Shown: in pieces, positions 49,636 through 59,891 of the stretch | Numbering within the stretch: position 1 is the stretch's first letter | How the letters are laid out: each line of letters starts with the position of its first letter | Source: Ostreococcus lucimarinus | Taxonomy: Eukaryota | DNA length: 64,000 nucleotides | NCBI GenBank assembly: GCA_000092065.1 | Contig: CP000593.1 | Reading direction: 5' to 3' (one strand) | Program-made: the position numbers and the translations under genes | The notes under the pieces: model-generated | What the model was told of the DNA's origin: nothing | The model's input: the letters and a program-made list of their open reading frames with translations, nothing else | Database searches by the model: none

Positions 49636-50496
49636 ATGGCGCGACGACGCGTGCCGGGACTCAAATCGTTCCTTCGGGCGTTGTTGCGGCTGACGAACGG
49701 CGCGCTGCTCGCGGGCGGACTCGCGACGGCGTTGTTTGCGTTTCACTTGTGGTTGGGATTTAACAAGCGGCGCGTCGGGCTGGACGGTTTGGATTGGGAC
49801 GACGGGCCGGACGCGCGGACGCCCGCGACGGTGGACGTGAGCGAGAACGCGACGGCGATTGAACAGACGAAGGCGCGGGTGCATAATTTCTTTGAGACGG
49901 AACCGTGGTTCGTGTACTTTATCGGGGGGAGCGGAGCGTTTTGCGCGGCGACGGCGTGGTTGGGATTGGCGGGCGCGGAGAACGGGAACGCGTGTTGTTT
50001 GGGAATGTACGCGCATCAGGTGATGTGGATGGTGATATTGCAAGCTGGGTTGGCGGCGTACGTGTCGAGTGGTAAGGCGTACGCGTCGGCGCCGACGGAT
50101 GTGACGGGGGCGTACGCCAACGCGTGGTCCTTCATGGAGGAGCACGAGAACGCGGTGACGTCGCTCGTCCTCGTCGTCTTCTTCGTGCAAATTTTGAGCA
50201 TCATATTAGCGATCGCTTTACGGCGAGCGGCGACCGAAAGCGGTGGTGTGGATAGCGATGACGAGGAAGATAGCTACTACGAGGACACGTACGGGGATCG
50301 CGAACGCGCGCCCCTCGTCGGGAGCTCGCGAGTAGAGATGGAACGCGCGGGCGATAGTGCTTGGCGCATTAGGATGCGCGAAAAGTACGGATTAGACACC
50401 GCTAACTTCGAGCACAGCCCATCGCGGCCGCCGCCGTCTCGAGTGTCGCGAGAGAAGCAGCGCGAGCGCGACGCCAACGCGTGCGTCATCATGTGA
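49636..50496 (+). CDS. Four-TM membrane protein ending in a CaaX box (CVIM)
   Basis: Four hydrophobic helices. CC in the TM2-3 loop (GNACCLGMY). Acidic C-terminal tail ending ...ANACVIM*, a canonical CaaX prenylation signal. Real ATG. Confidence 0.45.
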   Translation: MARRRVPGLKSFLRALLRLTNGALLAGGLATALFAFHLWLGFNKRRVGLDGLDWDDGPDARTPATVDVSENATAIEQTKARVHNFFETEPWFVYFIGGSGAFCAATAWLGLAGAENGNACCLGMYAHQVMWMVILQAGLAAYVSSGKAYASAPTDVTGAYANAWSFMEEHENAVTSLVLVVFFVQILSIILAIALRRAATESGGVDSDDEEDSYYEDTYGDRERAPLVGSSRVEMERAGDSAWRIRMREKYGLDTANFEHSPSRPPPSRVSREKQRERDANACVIM

Positions 50497-50559
50497 GAAT
50501 TCATTGCAATGTTCCATCATCTTTTATTCCCTTCTTCTATTCGTATCGTGTCTGTCTAA

Positions 50560-52635
50560 TCATTTCGTCAAAAATGTCATGTACGGATCCTTGCTCGCCT
50601 CGAGCACGTCCGGGCGTTGACTTTGCTTATAGGCCAAGCATCGCGAGATGAACGCCTTGCCTTCCAGCGAAATTGAGGGTCTGCTTGGGAATTCCACCTC
50701 CTTGGCGTTTCGAATCGTGCCCGCGTGCAAGATTTGCTCCTGTGACATGTCGTGGCCGAACGGTCGCTTGCCGTAAATCATTTGAAACAAGATGACACCG
50801 CACGACCACGTGTCAACCTTGCTCGAGATCTTCGGCGGCGCCGGACCGGTTTCGAAACACTCCGGGGGCAAGTACCAGTACGTTCCAGCGCCTTGCGACG
50901 TGAGCTCCATGCCACTGTCGGCGCCGAAACCGACGCTACGCTCTTCCATAATTTTACTCAAGCCGAAATCCGTAATCTTCACTCGCCCGGCTTCGTCAAA
51001 CAAAATATTTCCAGGTTTCAAGTCGTAATGGATGATGCGTTTCGGCCCCGTGCTCATGTACGCCAAGCCGTTGAAAACTTGAGCGAGAATGGCGCGCGCC
51101 TCGCGTTCGCTGATCGAGCCTTGCGCCTTCAATCGAGCGTCGAGGTCATCGCCCGTGCACAGCTCCAACACGGTGCAGAAACTATCGGAATCTACTTCGA
51201 AGACGTCGATCAAGCGCACGACGTGCGGGTGATCGAGCGATTTGTGAATGTCGCACTCTCGCGCGGCGTGACGGACATACGTGCGCTTGCGCTCTTCGCT
51301 CCACTGCGGGTTCAACTGATGCAGCTTACACGCGACTTCTCGCATTTCGACGCTGTCCCACGCCTTGTAAACTTCGCTGAAACCACCTCGTCCAAGTAGA
51401 TTCATCAACACGTAACGATCGCCGAGCACCGGGTGCTTGTTAAATCTCGAGCCGTCTTCGTCTCGCACGCGCTTGAGCGCGCGAATGTGCGCAGCTTTTT
51501 CGCGTTCAAGACTCTCACGCTCGGATTTCAGCGCTTCTTCTTCTTTTCGAATGATCGCCATGCGCGCTTTGTGTACTTCCTCGCTCAACACGTACTCGGC
51601 GTGCGCCGTCGTGTCCATCTCCGCGCTTCCCGGCGGCGGCAACTTCTTTTTGACTTGCTTGCGCTTTTCTTCGGCGAGCTTACGAGATTCCGTCAAGCGA
51701 TCCAGTCGATCATCCAGTTCATGGAACGCGCGTCCGTCTTCCCAGACTTCTTGCAACACCGATCCCACGCGCTGAACGCCGATGGTTCCCAAACGCAAGC
51801 CTTCCTCGGCGATTTGCATGCGCATTTGTTTGCGTTCCAACACCGCGAGGTTCACCGCGAGCTGATGCACGCCCCGCCGCCTCGCCTCGCTGGCTCGCTC
51901 GAATTCGCGCTTCAACTCATTATTCGACGCCCTCAACTCTTCGCAACCGCGTTCGTACTCCTCGCGCTCTTTTTCCGTCGCCGCCAACTTTTCCTCGAGC
52001 GCTCGAATCTTCGTCGCCGCCGCCTCGCGTTCGCCACCCGCCGTCCCTTTCCCGGGCGTCGTCATCGCTTCCACGAGCGGCGAGCTCGTCTTAAACCCTG
52101 ATCCAGTATTTTCAAACCGATCGAGCAGAGAGACGTTGGCCTCGGGCGTGCGCGCGCTCGCCGTCTTCCCCCCCGGATGTCGTCTCGACCGCGCCAACCC
52201 TCCGCTCGCCCCTCCCCGCTCCGGATTTTCATTCTCCAGATCGCTCGCCGTCGCCGACTCCCGCCGTCTCCGTTTCGTCGTCTTCTTCCCTCCGTTCCCG
52301 CTCGCCCCCGTGCCGACGCCCTCCGCTCGCACCGTCGACGCCTTCCCCTCCGACGCGTTCGCCCGCGCGTCCACCACGCCGTACGCGCGCGTCCCGCCTC
52401 CCTCGTCCTCGCTCGAATCGCTCGCGCTGTCCTCCATCGCGCACCGCTCCGCGCCCGCGCGCGCCCGCGCGCTTCTCCCCGTCTCCCGCGACGCGCTCGG
52501 CGGCGTCGCTCGCTCCGACGTCGTCAGCCGCCGCTCGAGCAGTTCGATCTTCGCGCGCGCCTCGCGCGACAGCTCGCGCGCGTGAAACATCTCCAGCGCC
52601 GCGCTCGCCTCCGTCGCGCGCGGCGTCGACGACAT
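50560..52635 (-). CDS. Tousled-like kinase (TLK)
   Basis: N-terminal coiled-coil region. The C-terminal kinase domain is near-collinear with TLK: LLGRGGFSEVYKAWD...CKLHQLNPQWSEERKRTYVRHAARECDIHKSLDHPHVVRL...TVLELCTGDDLD...IIHYDLKPGNILF...ITDFGLSKIM...LTSQGAGTYWYLPPECF...PPKISSKVDTWSCGVI...KAFISRCLAY. The listed start is TTG. First ATG chosen: 52633-52635. Confidence 0.85.
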   Translation of the reverse strand: MSSTPRATEASAALEMFHARELSREARAKIELLERRLTTSERATPPSASRETGRSARARAGAERCAMEDSASDSSEDEGGGTRAYGVVDARANASEGKASTVRAEGVGTGASGNGGKKTTKRRRRESATASDLENENPERGGASGGLARSRRHPGGKTASARTPEANVSLLDRFENTGSGFKTSSPLVEAMTTPGKGTAGGEREAAATKIRALEEKLAATEKEREEYERGCEELRASNNELKREFERASEARRRGVHQLAVNLAVLERKQMRMQIAEEGLRLGTIGVQRVGSVLQEVWEDGRAFHELDDRLDRLTESRKLAEEKRKQVKKKLPPPGSAEMDTTAHAEYVLSEEVHKARMAIIRKEEEALKSERESLEREKAAHIRALKRVRDEDGSRFNKHPVLGDRYVLMNLLGRGGFSEVYKAWDSVEMREVACKLHQLNPQWSEERKRTYVRHAARECDIHKSLDHPHVVRLIDVFEVDSDSFCTVLELCTGDDLDARLKAQGSISEREARAILAQVFNGLAYMSTGPKRIIHYDLKPGNILFDEAGRVKITDFGLSKIMEERSVGFGADSGMELTSQGAGTYWYLPPECFETGPAPPKISSKVDTWSCGVILFQMIYGKRPFGHDMSQEQILHAGTIRNAKEVEFPSRPSISLEGKAFISRCLAYKQSQRPDVLEASKDPYMTFLTK

Positions 52636-52754
52636 CGCGTCGAGTTCGACGAACGCGCCCGCGACGTCGCGCGCGTCTTCGTCGATCCGCGCGTCGCGAC
52701 GACGCGCGCGGGCGTCGCGCGATGGCGACGCGACGCGCGGCGATTTCAAATCCC

Positions 52755-53050
52755 GCGCGCGCGCGAAAACGATCGATCGATCGATCGAGGTTTAAAACGG
52801 CGCGCGGTCGAAACGCGCGCGAGGGTCGACGCGCGCGAGAACGATCGATCGATCGCGCGGTCGATCGGTCGATCGATCGAGGTTTAAAACGGCGCGCGGT
52901 CGACGCGCGCGCGAGGGTCGACGCGCGCGAGAACGATCGATCGATCGCGCGGTCGATCGGTCGATCGATCGAGGTTTAAAACGGCGCGCGGTCGAACCGC
53001 GCGCGAGGGTCGACGCGCGCGAGAACGATCGATCGCGCGGTCGATCGGTC
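52755..53050. repeat. Tandem repeat, 92-bp unit x about 3.2, in the TLK/FKBP divergent promoter
   Basis: The unit ...cgatcgatcgatcgaggtttaaaacggcgcgcggtcgaaacgcgcgcgagggtcgacgcgcgcgagaacgatcgatcgatcgcgcggtcgatcggt... is anchored by gaggtttaaaac at 52787, 52879 and 52971. Confidence 0.85.
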
Positions 53051-53130
53051 GCGCGGTCGGTCGCCGCCGCCGCCGCCGCCGCCGCGCGCGCGCGCCGACG
53101 CGCGACCGCGACGCGCGACCGACGCTCGAC

Positions 53131-54252
53131 ATGTTCTGGGGCGCGCGACTCGAGCCGGGGGTGTGGACGCCGTACGTCCCGCCGCCGGACGTCGACGTGC
53201 GGCTGCACGTGTCGCAGGCGACGGCGGCGAGCGACGCCCTCGAGGACGGCGCGCGCGTCGTGATCAAGATGCGATGCGAGACCGACGACGCGGTGCTGCG
53301 AGCGGCGGCGGGCGCGGACGATGACGACGATGACGATGATTCGTCGACGGACGATTCGTTCGAGCGGGAGGAGTACCGCGTGTGCGCGCTGATCGGTGGG
53401 CGAGTGGAGACGTGCGGGTTGGATTTGGTGCTGGACGAGTACGCGGAGTTCACGGTCGAGGGCGCGTGCGGGGCGCACTTGACGGGGTATTACATGCCGG
53501 AGTACGGCGAGGGGGATGAGTTGGACGAGGACGACGTGTACGGCGACGAGGGGGACTCGGATTCGGACGAGGAGGAGGAGATGATGACGACGGGCGACGA
53601 CGACGAGTCCGACTCGGAAGACGACGACTCCGAAGACGACGACTCCGAAGACGACGACTCCGAAGACGACGACTCCGAAGACGACGACTCCGAAGACGAC
53701 GACTCCGAGTCCGAGTCCGAGTCCGAGTCCGAGCCCGAAGGCGTCACTCGTAAGGGTGGTGTGAAGATCGTCGAGATGACCGAAGACGAGTCGGCGCGCT
53801 CGGCGAAGAAGCGCGAGGCGGAAACCAAGCCCGCGAAGACCCCCGAACCGAAGAAGCGAGCAGTGGGGGCGAAACCGGAATCTGCGTCGAAGAAACCGGA
53901 GACACCCAAGCGCGTGCACAAGAATGGCATGGAAATCATCAACACCTTTGCCACGAAGAACACCAGCGCGAAAGTCGCCGCCGGCGGCAAAAAAGTGGCG
54001 ATGAAGTACATCGGAAAGCTCCCGAGCGGTAAGATTTTCGATCAAACCAAAGGCAGCGCTACTTTTAAGTTCCGCTTGGGGGTGGGCGAAGTCATCAAGG
54101 GCTGGGACGTCGGCGTCGAGGGCATGCGCGAGGGCGACAAGCGCACGCTCATCATTCCCAGCGCCATGGGTTACGGTAAAAAAGGCATCAAGGGCGTCAT
54201 CCCCGGCGGATCCGCGCTGCACTTCGACGTCGAGCTCGTCAAGGTTTTCTAA
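53131..54252 (+). CDS. Nuclear FKBP-type peptidyl-prolyl isomerase with nucleoplasmin-like N-domain and acidic tracts (FKBP53/Fpr4-like histone chaperone)
   Basis: C-terminal FKBP domain VAMKYIGKLPSGKIFDQT...FKFRLGVGEVIKGWDVGVEGMREGDKRTLIIPSAMGYGKKGIKGVIPGGSALHFDVELVKV. N-terminal beta-rich domain, then long D/E/S tracts including a 15-bp repeat (DSEDD)x6 at about 53618..53705. Confidence 0.85.
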   Translation: MFWGARLEPGVWTPYVPPPDVDVRLHVSQATAASDALEDGARVVIKMRCETDDAVLRAAAGADDDDDDDDSSTDDSFEREEYRVCALIGGRVETCGLDLVLDEYAEFTVEGACGAHLTGYYMPEYGEGDELDEDDVYGDEGDSDSDEEEEMMTTGDDDESDSEDDDSEDDDSEDDDSEDDDSEDDDSEDDDSESESESESEPEGVTRKGGVKIVEMTEDESARSAKKREAETKPAKTPEPKKRAVGAKPESASKKPETPKRVHKNGMEIINTFATKNTSAKVAAGGKKVAMKYIGKLPSGKIFDQTKGSATFKFRLGVGEVIKGWDVGVEGMREGDKRTLIIPSAMGYGKKGIKGVIPGGSALHFDVELVKVF

Positions 54253-54949
54253 ACCGACGCACCGAGCGCCCTCTCGCGCCGTCGTCGACCGTCCACGCGC
54301 GTTCGAAGTAATAATTTGAAGATACGACGCCGCTATTCGCAGTATTTGCTTACGCGCTTTGATTTTGATTTACACGCGCCGCGCGCGACCGCGCGCGCGC
54401 TTCGACGCTATTCTTTCGCCATCTCTACCCCTCTCCCATCCCATCGTCGTCCACGACGAACACGCCCCCCCCGCGCTTCCCGCGCCGCTCGCGTCGTTTC
54501 CCGTCGTCGTCGCCCGCCATCCCTCGCGCCTGCGCGCGCGCGATGACCCCGTCCAGCCTCGCGCCGCCGACGCACAGCCCCAGCAGCGCGGCGCCGACGA
54601 CGAATCCCGCGATTTCGTTCGCCGGCGGCAGCGCCGACGCGCGCGCGCGCGCCGCGCGTCGACGATTCGCATCCGTCGCGCGTCCGTCGCGCGCGGCGAC
54701 CGGCGGCGCGACGCCGCGCGACGCCGCGCGCGCGCCGGTCGCGGCGACGCGGACGCGCGGCGCGCGCGACGGACGCGGCGCCCACATCGCCGCGGCGCGC
54801 GCGTCGTCGCGCGCGTCGCGATGTCGGGACGACGTCGACGACGGATGAAACGGCGGCGCGCGCGCGACGCGACGCGCCGCACACGCCGACGCGCGCGAAC
54901 GACGGCGACGCGAAGCGAAGGGACGGGAAATTAGGATCGAACGGCGCGC

Positions 54950-56161
54950 ATGCCGGGCTCGGACGCGGCGCGACGCGACGGCGCGGACGACGGCGCGGAC
55001 GTCGATCCTGATTTTGAAAAATCGGTCGACGGCGCGCAGGTCATGGCGGCGCTGCAGCAGCTGCACGGGAACAGCGGCCTGATCGGGGCGCTGCAGCAAA
55101 AGCTCGATGGATTGGTCGGGCTGCGATCGGGATTCCTCGAGGAGCTGCACCCGAGGGTGCGAGCGCGGGTGAAGGCGCTGGAGAAGCTGCAGGAGGCGCA
55201 CGACGGCGTCCACGAGGCGTATCTCGAAGAGAAAAAGGCGCTGGAGGCGAAATACGCGGCGCTGTACGCGCCGATGTATAAGGCGAGAAGTGAAATCGTG
55301 ACGGGGGCGAAGGAAGCGGCGGTGCCGGACGATGATGAAGAGCTGAAGGCGGAGATCGAAGCGGCGGCGAAGGACGCCGTCGAGGCGCCGAAGGGGGTGC
55401 CAGAGTTTTGGATGATTGCGCTCAAGAATAACGAGGAGCTGGCGCAGATGATCACCGAACGCGATGAGGGGGCGTTGAAGCACTTGATCGATATCACCAC
55501 GTCCGCGCTCGAGGGCGAAGACGAAGACGGCGACGAGCTGTGCGGCTTCAAGATCGACTTTCACTTTGAAGAAAATGAGTACTTTGAAGATTCCGTGTTG
55601 ACGAAGACGTATCACATGGACGACGAGGAAGACAATCTCTTGCGATACATTGAGTCGAGTGAAATCAACTGGAAATCGGGTAAGAACTTGACGGTGAAGG
55701 TTTTGCGAAAGAAGCCGAAACCAGGGGCGAAGAACAAAAAGCCCATCACGAAGACGGAACCGGCGGAAAGCTTTTTCCAATTCTTCTACCCGCCCGAAGT
55801 CCCGGACGAAGAAGAGCAACAAAACATGTCCGAAGATGACGCCGAACAGTTGCAAGACGCGATGGAGCAAGATTACGAGCTCGGCATGATGATCGCGAAC
55901 AACTTGATTCCAGACGCCGTCAACTGGTTCACCGGCGACGCATTCGCCGACGACGAAGAAGATGAATTCGACGAAGACGACGATGAAGACGAATTCGACG
56001 ACGAGGACGATGAGGACGACGAGGACGACGAGGACGACGAAGATGAAGACGAGGACGAGGAAGAAGAGTTCGTCGGCGGTAAGAAGTCTTTCGCGGCGCC
56101 GCCGGCGATGGGCGGCGCGGCGAAGGAGGGCGAACAACCGCCCGAGTGCAAGCAGCAATGA
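54950..56161 (+). CDS. Nucleosome assembly protein NAP1 with C-terminal CaaX (CKQQ)
   Basis: The NAP domain is collinear with NAP1 (RVRARVKALEKLQEAHDGVHEAYLEEKKALEAKYAALYAPMYKARSEIV...PEFWMIALKNNEELAQMITERDEGALKHLIDI...FKIDFHFEENEYFED...). There is an acidic tail. The terminus is ...PECKQQ*, the same CKQQ farnesylation box as plant NAP1. Confidence 0.9.
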   Translation: MPGSDAARRDGADDGADVDPDFEKSVDGAQVMAALQQLHGNSGLIGALQQKLDGLVGLRSGFLEELHPRVRARVKALEKLQEAHDGVHEAYLEEKKALEAKYAALYAPMYKARSEIVTGAKEAAVPDDDEELKAEIEAAAKDAVEAPKGVPEFWMIALKNNEELAQMITERDEGALKHLIDITTSALEGEDEDGDELCGFKIDFHFEENEYFEDSVLTKTYHMDDEEDNLLRYIESSEINWKSGKNLTVKVLRKKPKPGAKNKKPITKTEPAESFFQFFYPPEVPDEEEQQNMSEDDAEQLQDAMEQDYELGMMIANNLIPDAVNWFTGDAFADDEEDEFDEDDDEDEFDDEDDEDDEDDEDDEDEDEDEEEEFVGGKKSFAAPPAMGGAAKEGEQPPECKQQ

Positions 56162-56228
56162 ACGCGAAATCCGTACTTTTCTAACGCTCGGATTATCATC
56201 TAGTTGTTGCTAAGACACATTACCCATT

Positions 56229-58430
56229 TTAAAATCCACGAAACTCATCTCCTTGCGAACGATGCGCGGGCGCGCCGCACTCGGCTCTTTCGCGTTCGCC
56301 TCGGCGCTCGAGCGCCTTGATGATCTCGCGCGATTTGTGCCTAGACACAGAATTTTCAGTAAAATCGAGCTCGCGGCGCGCAGGCACGTGCGGTGGTGCG
56401 AGGCGACGCATGGTGACGTCGGCCCAATCGACCGTGAAGAAATTGTGACTCTTCAAATCCCAAACGCCGCGCGCGCTCGATCCCAGTCTTCGCGACACGT
56501 CCACGACGCATAGACGAGAAATGAGGGATTTTGCGGTGAGAGGAAAGTATGCGGTACTAAATTTTAGATCGGAAGTGACGATGCGACGGTGACGAGCGCC
56601 GTCGTTCGCGCTCGCGAATGGGGCGTAACCGACAAGCATTTCGTACAAGAGCACGCCAAATGACCAATAATCGGCGAGCTGATCGTATCCTTGCGCGAGC
56701 ATGACCTCTGGAGCCATGTAATCCGCGGTGCCACATGTCGTGTACGCGCGTTCGCCTCGTAATAATCGGCGACAAAAGCCAAAGTCAGTGAGCTTGATGT
56801 GCCCGTCGGCGTCGATGAGGACGTTTTCGGGCTTCAAATCGCGGTACACGTACTCGTTCGCATGAATGTACTCGAGCGCCACGAGGACTTCGGCAGCATA
56901 AAATTGAGCGATATCGACGGGGAATTGTCCACCTCTGAATGGTCCGCTCACCAAGAGCTGGAACAAATCGCCGCCGGGAAGATAATCCATGAGCAAGTAC
57001 AACGCGCGAGCGTCTTGAAACGCGCCCAAGGCGCGCGTCAGGAACGGCGAATCGAATCGTTTCATGAGCTCGAGCTCACGTGAGACGTTTTTTTCTTGAT
57101 CTAAATGCGCGACTTTCCATTTGTGCATGACTTTGACGCAGCACGTTGTGAGTGTGCTCAACGTCTTTGCGACGAAGACGGCGCCGAGCATGCCTCCACC
57201 AATTTCCTTGACGAAAACAACGTCTTTGCTCGAGCGCACGCAAATTTCGGGCGCGACGTCGATCGATGCCATCGCATGAATATTGTGCGGTGAATCAATT
57301 GCTTCTGTTCGGCGTGCGATATTTCGCCGATCGAAAGAAAGCCATCGAAATCGTGACGTTACCGCCCCTCGCAACGCAGCGAACGATCCCGCTCGACGCG
57401 TCAATCTTCGCTTCGATTTCTTTTCCACCTTATTCGACGCGTACGAGTAGGAGTCTATCTTTTTTGCCATCATGTCGATTATTTCCTCTCCAATCATTCG
57501 ATGGAATGACTCAGCATCGAGCGTCAACGCGCTAACTTGACCGACGGCGACCACCGTCGCCGTAGGCGATGTCTTATGAATTAGGCTCACCTCGCCAAAG
57601 TAATCCCCTCGCTTCAACCTATTCACCTCGAACGATTCGCCATCTTCCACGTGAACGACCGATTCGCCTTTGACGATGACGTAAAACTTTGAGGAGGTTT
57701 CATCGTAAGAATCATCTGGGCTGACGATGACGGCGCCACTCTCAAATGTCGTCATGCGAAGCGCGTCGACCAACATTGACGTCGTTCGCGCGTCGAGCGA
57801 GTCGCGAAACACGGCGACAGATTCTAGATAACCCATGTACTCGCAACGTCGCTCGAAAGTCGTACGTTTGAGCGTCTCGTGAAACGTCGCCCGATCGAGC
57901 ACCCAGAGTTTGATGACTGGCGACGCCGCGACGACGGTCGCGGTGCGCGGGCACTTTCGCACCAACGCCACCTCCCCGAAAGTTTCGCCCGGATACAACA
58001 ACTTAGAACTATCTTTGAGTGGCGTTACTCTCGCCTCGCCGTCGCACGACGACGGACTTTCCGGCGCGATTTGTTCTCGCCGCGACGCCACGACTCGACG
58101 ACTGCCATCCTTCGCCGAGACGTCTTCGTCCTCCATCGATCCCACGTCGACGGTATCCGCGACGTCACCCTCGTCGTCGCGCGCGTCCACTCGCACGCAT
58201 CCCTGCGCGATTACGTAAAAATTCGCCCCAACCTCGCCCTTACGCACGATCACCTCGCCTCGTTCGAACTCGCACTCGACCATGCGCGCGCACAGCGCCG
58301 CGCGATCGTCCCTTCGAAGCTCTCTGAACAGCGCCACACCGTTCAGCGCCTCGCCCGCGCGCGCCGGTTCGCTCACCCTCCTCGCGCGCGCGCGCGTGCG
58401 CGCCTCCTCGTCCGCCTCTCGCGCCGTCAT
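56229..58430 (-). CDS. Cyclic-nucleotide-dependent protein kinase (PKG/PKA-like; three cNMP-binding domains + AGC kinase)
   Basis: Three cNMP-binding modules (FGEVALV, YFGEVSLI variants), then an AGC kinase domain (YRDLKPENVLID, DFGFCR, GTADYMAPE). Real ATG. Confidence 0.8.
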   Translation of the reverse strand: MTAREADEEARTRARARRVSEPARAGEALNGVALFRELRRDDRAALCARMVECEFERGEVIVRKGEVGANFYVIAQGCVRVDARDDEGDVADTVDVGSMEDEDVSAKDGSRRVVASRREQIAPESPSSCDGEARVTPLKDSSKLLYPGETFGEVALVRKCPRTATVVAASPVIKLWVLDRATFHETLKRTTFERRCEYMGYLESVAVFRDSLDARTTSMLVDALRMTTFESGAVIVSPDDSYDETSSKFYVIVKGESVVHVEDGESFEVNRLKRGDYFGEVSLIHKTSPTATVVAVGQVSALTLDAESFHRMIGEEIIDMMAKKIDSYSYASNKVEKKSKRRLTRRAGSFAALRGAVTSRFRWLSFDRRNIARRTEAIDSPHNIHAMASIDVAPEICVRSSKDVVFVKEIGGGMLGAVFVAKTLSTLTTCCVKVMHKWKVAHLDQEKNVSRELELMKRFDSPFLTRALGAFQDARALYLLMDYLPGGDLFQLLVSGPFRGGQFPVDIAQFYAAEVLVALEYIHANEYVYRDLKPENVLIDADGHIKLTDFGFCRRLLRGERAYTTCGTADYMAPEVMLAQGYDQLADYWSFGVLLYEMLVGYAPFASANDGARHRRIVTSDLKFSTAYFPLTAKSLISRLCVVDVSRRLGSSARGVWDLKSHNFFTVDWADVTMRRLAPPHVPARRELDFTENSVSRHKSREIIKALERRGERERAECGAPAHRSQGDEFRGF

Positions 58431-59057
58431 CGCCCGTCCCGCGTCTCCCGCGCGTCGCGTCCCGCGCCGCGACGCGAACCGTCGTCCCGCGCCGTCCCGC
58501 GTCTCCCGCGCGTCGCGTCGTCCGCGCCGTCGACGCGACCGCGCGCCGGCCGCCGCCGCGCGACGCGACGCGACGCGACGCGTCTCGCTCGCGCGTCGCG
58601 CACTGCGCGCGCGCTTTATTTAGCCCGACGACGACGACCGCGCGCGCGCGCGCTAACATCGCCGCCCGACGACGCGAATCGACGCTTCAAATCCCGTCCT
58701 CGATTGCGCACGATGCGCGGCCGACGCGCGACGACGCGCCGCGCGCGCGGCACTCGACGACGACGCGCGCGCGATGAGCGATTTCGCCGGCGCGACGCAG
58801 TACGCGGGGAGCCACGGGTACATGCCGCAGTGCGTCGCGACGCGACGCGACGGCGCGACGACGACGCGACGCGACCGAACGCGCGCGCGATCGAGGACGA
58901 GCTGTTGATTTTGAAATTTTGAAATTCTCGGCACTCGAACGATGATCTCGACGCGCGCGCGCGAGCGGACGCGGGAGAGGACGAGGAGGGACGGGAGAGG
59001 GAAGCGCGCGCGGACGATCGTGGACGGGTGACTGACGATGGGACGCGAACGGCGTCG

Positions 59058-59807
59058 ATGACGCGACGTAGACCGCAGGATGGATCGAGCGAAGGGAAGA
59101 CGTACGCGAACGTGAGCGCGCCGCCGACGATGAAACCGTTGACGGTTAAGATGCTGAAGCGAGCGATCGACGCGCGACAGACGCCGGATGAAACGCTCGT
59201 GGTGAATGGGGTGCCGGTTCATAACCTGACCGTCGTCGGTAAGATTGTGGGCGTCGAGAGTAAGAGCTCGTACGTTTTGTACAAGGTGGACGATTCCACC
59301 GGGGTGTGCGACGTCAAGGTGTGGAGTGACCAAGACGGCGATCAGACGGCCGAGCCGATCGAGGTTGGCGCGTACGTTCGTGTGTATGGCTCGGTGAAGA
59401 CTTTGGCCAACGAACACATGATTGCCGCGCACACTCAGCAGGCGGTGCGTAAGATTACCGACCACAACGAGGTGACGTTTCACATGTTGGAAGTCGTGTA
59501 CGCGAGCGGCCACGCCGAAAAGACCAAGGTCTCGGGCGGTGCCGCGCCGGCGAACGCTTACACCGTGCCGCAACAAGCGCCGAACGTCGCCGCGAATGGT
59601 GATTTGGGCTCCGAGGAAATCGACGTTTCAATTATGGGCGTGCTGAAGCAGTTCGCCGAGGGCGAGCAAGGGATGACCGTTGATGAAATCGCGTCGAAGC
59701 AAAACGGCAAGTTTACTCGCGATGCCATCAAAGCTGCGCTCGAAGAAATGTCGAACGGTGGTGAGGTGTTCACGACTATCGACGAAGACCACTACGCCGC
59801 TGTGTAA
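59058..59807 (+). CDS. Replication protein A 32-kDa subunit (RPA2)
   Basis: OB-fold region (VNGVPVHNLTVVGKIVGVESKSSYVLYKVDDSTGVCDVKVW...YVRVYGSVKTLANEHMIAAHTQQAV) and a C-terminal winged-helix domain (MTVDEIASKQNGKFTRDAIKAALEEMSNGGEVFTTIDEDHY). The listed ORF starts at GTG 59028. The first in-frame ATG is 59058. Confidence 0.75.
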   Translation: MTRRRPQDGSSEGKTYANVSAPPTMKPLTVKMLKRAIDARQTPDETLVVNGVPVHNLTVVGKIVGVESKSSYVLYKVDDSTGVCDVKVWSDQDGDQTAEPIEVGAYVRVYGSVKTLANEHMIAAHTQQAVRKITDHNEVTFHMLEVVYASGHAEKTKVSGGAAPANAYTVPQQAPNVAANGDLGSEEIDVSIMGVLKQFAEGEQGMTVDEIASKQNGKFTRDAIKAALEEMSNGGEVFTTIDEDHYAAV

Positions 59808-59891
59808 GACGCGACGAGAGACGCATCGGAAACGTTTTTTTGAGACAATGTGATGAACAAATGTTGATTTTACTAACAATCCCCACACTTC

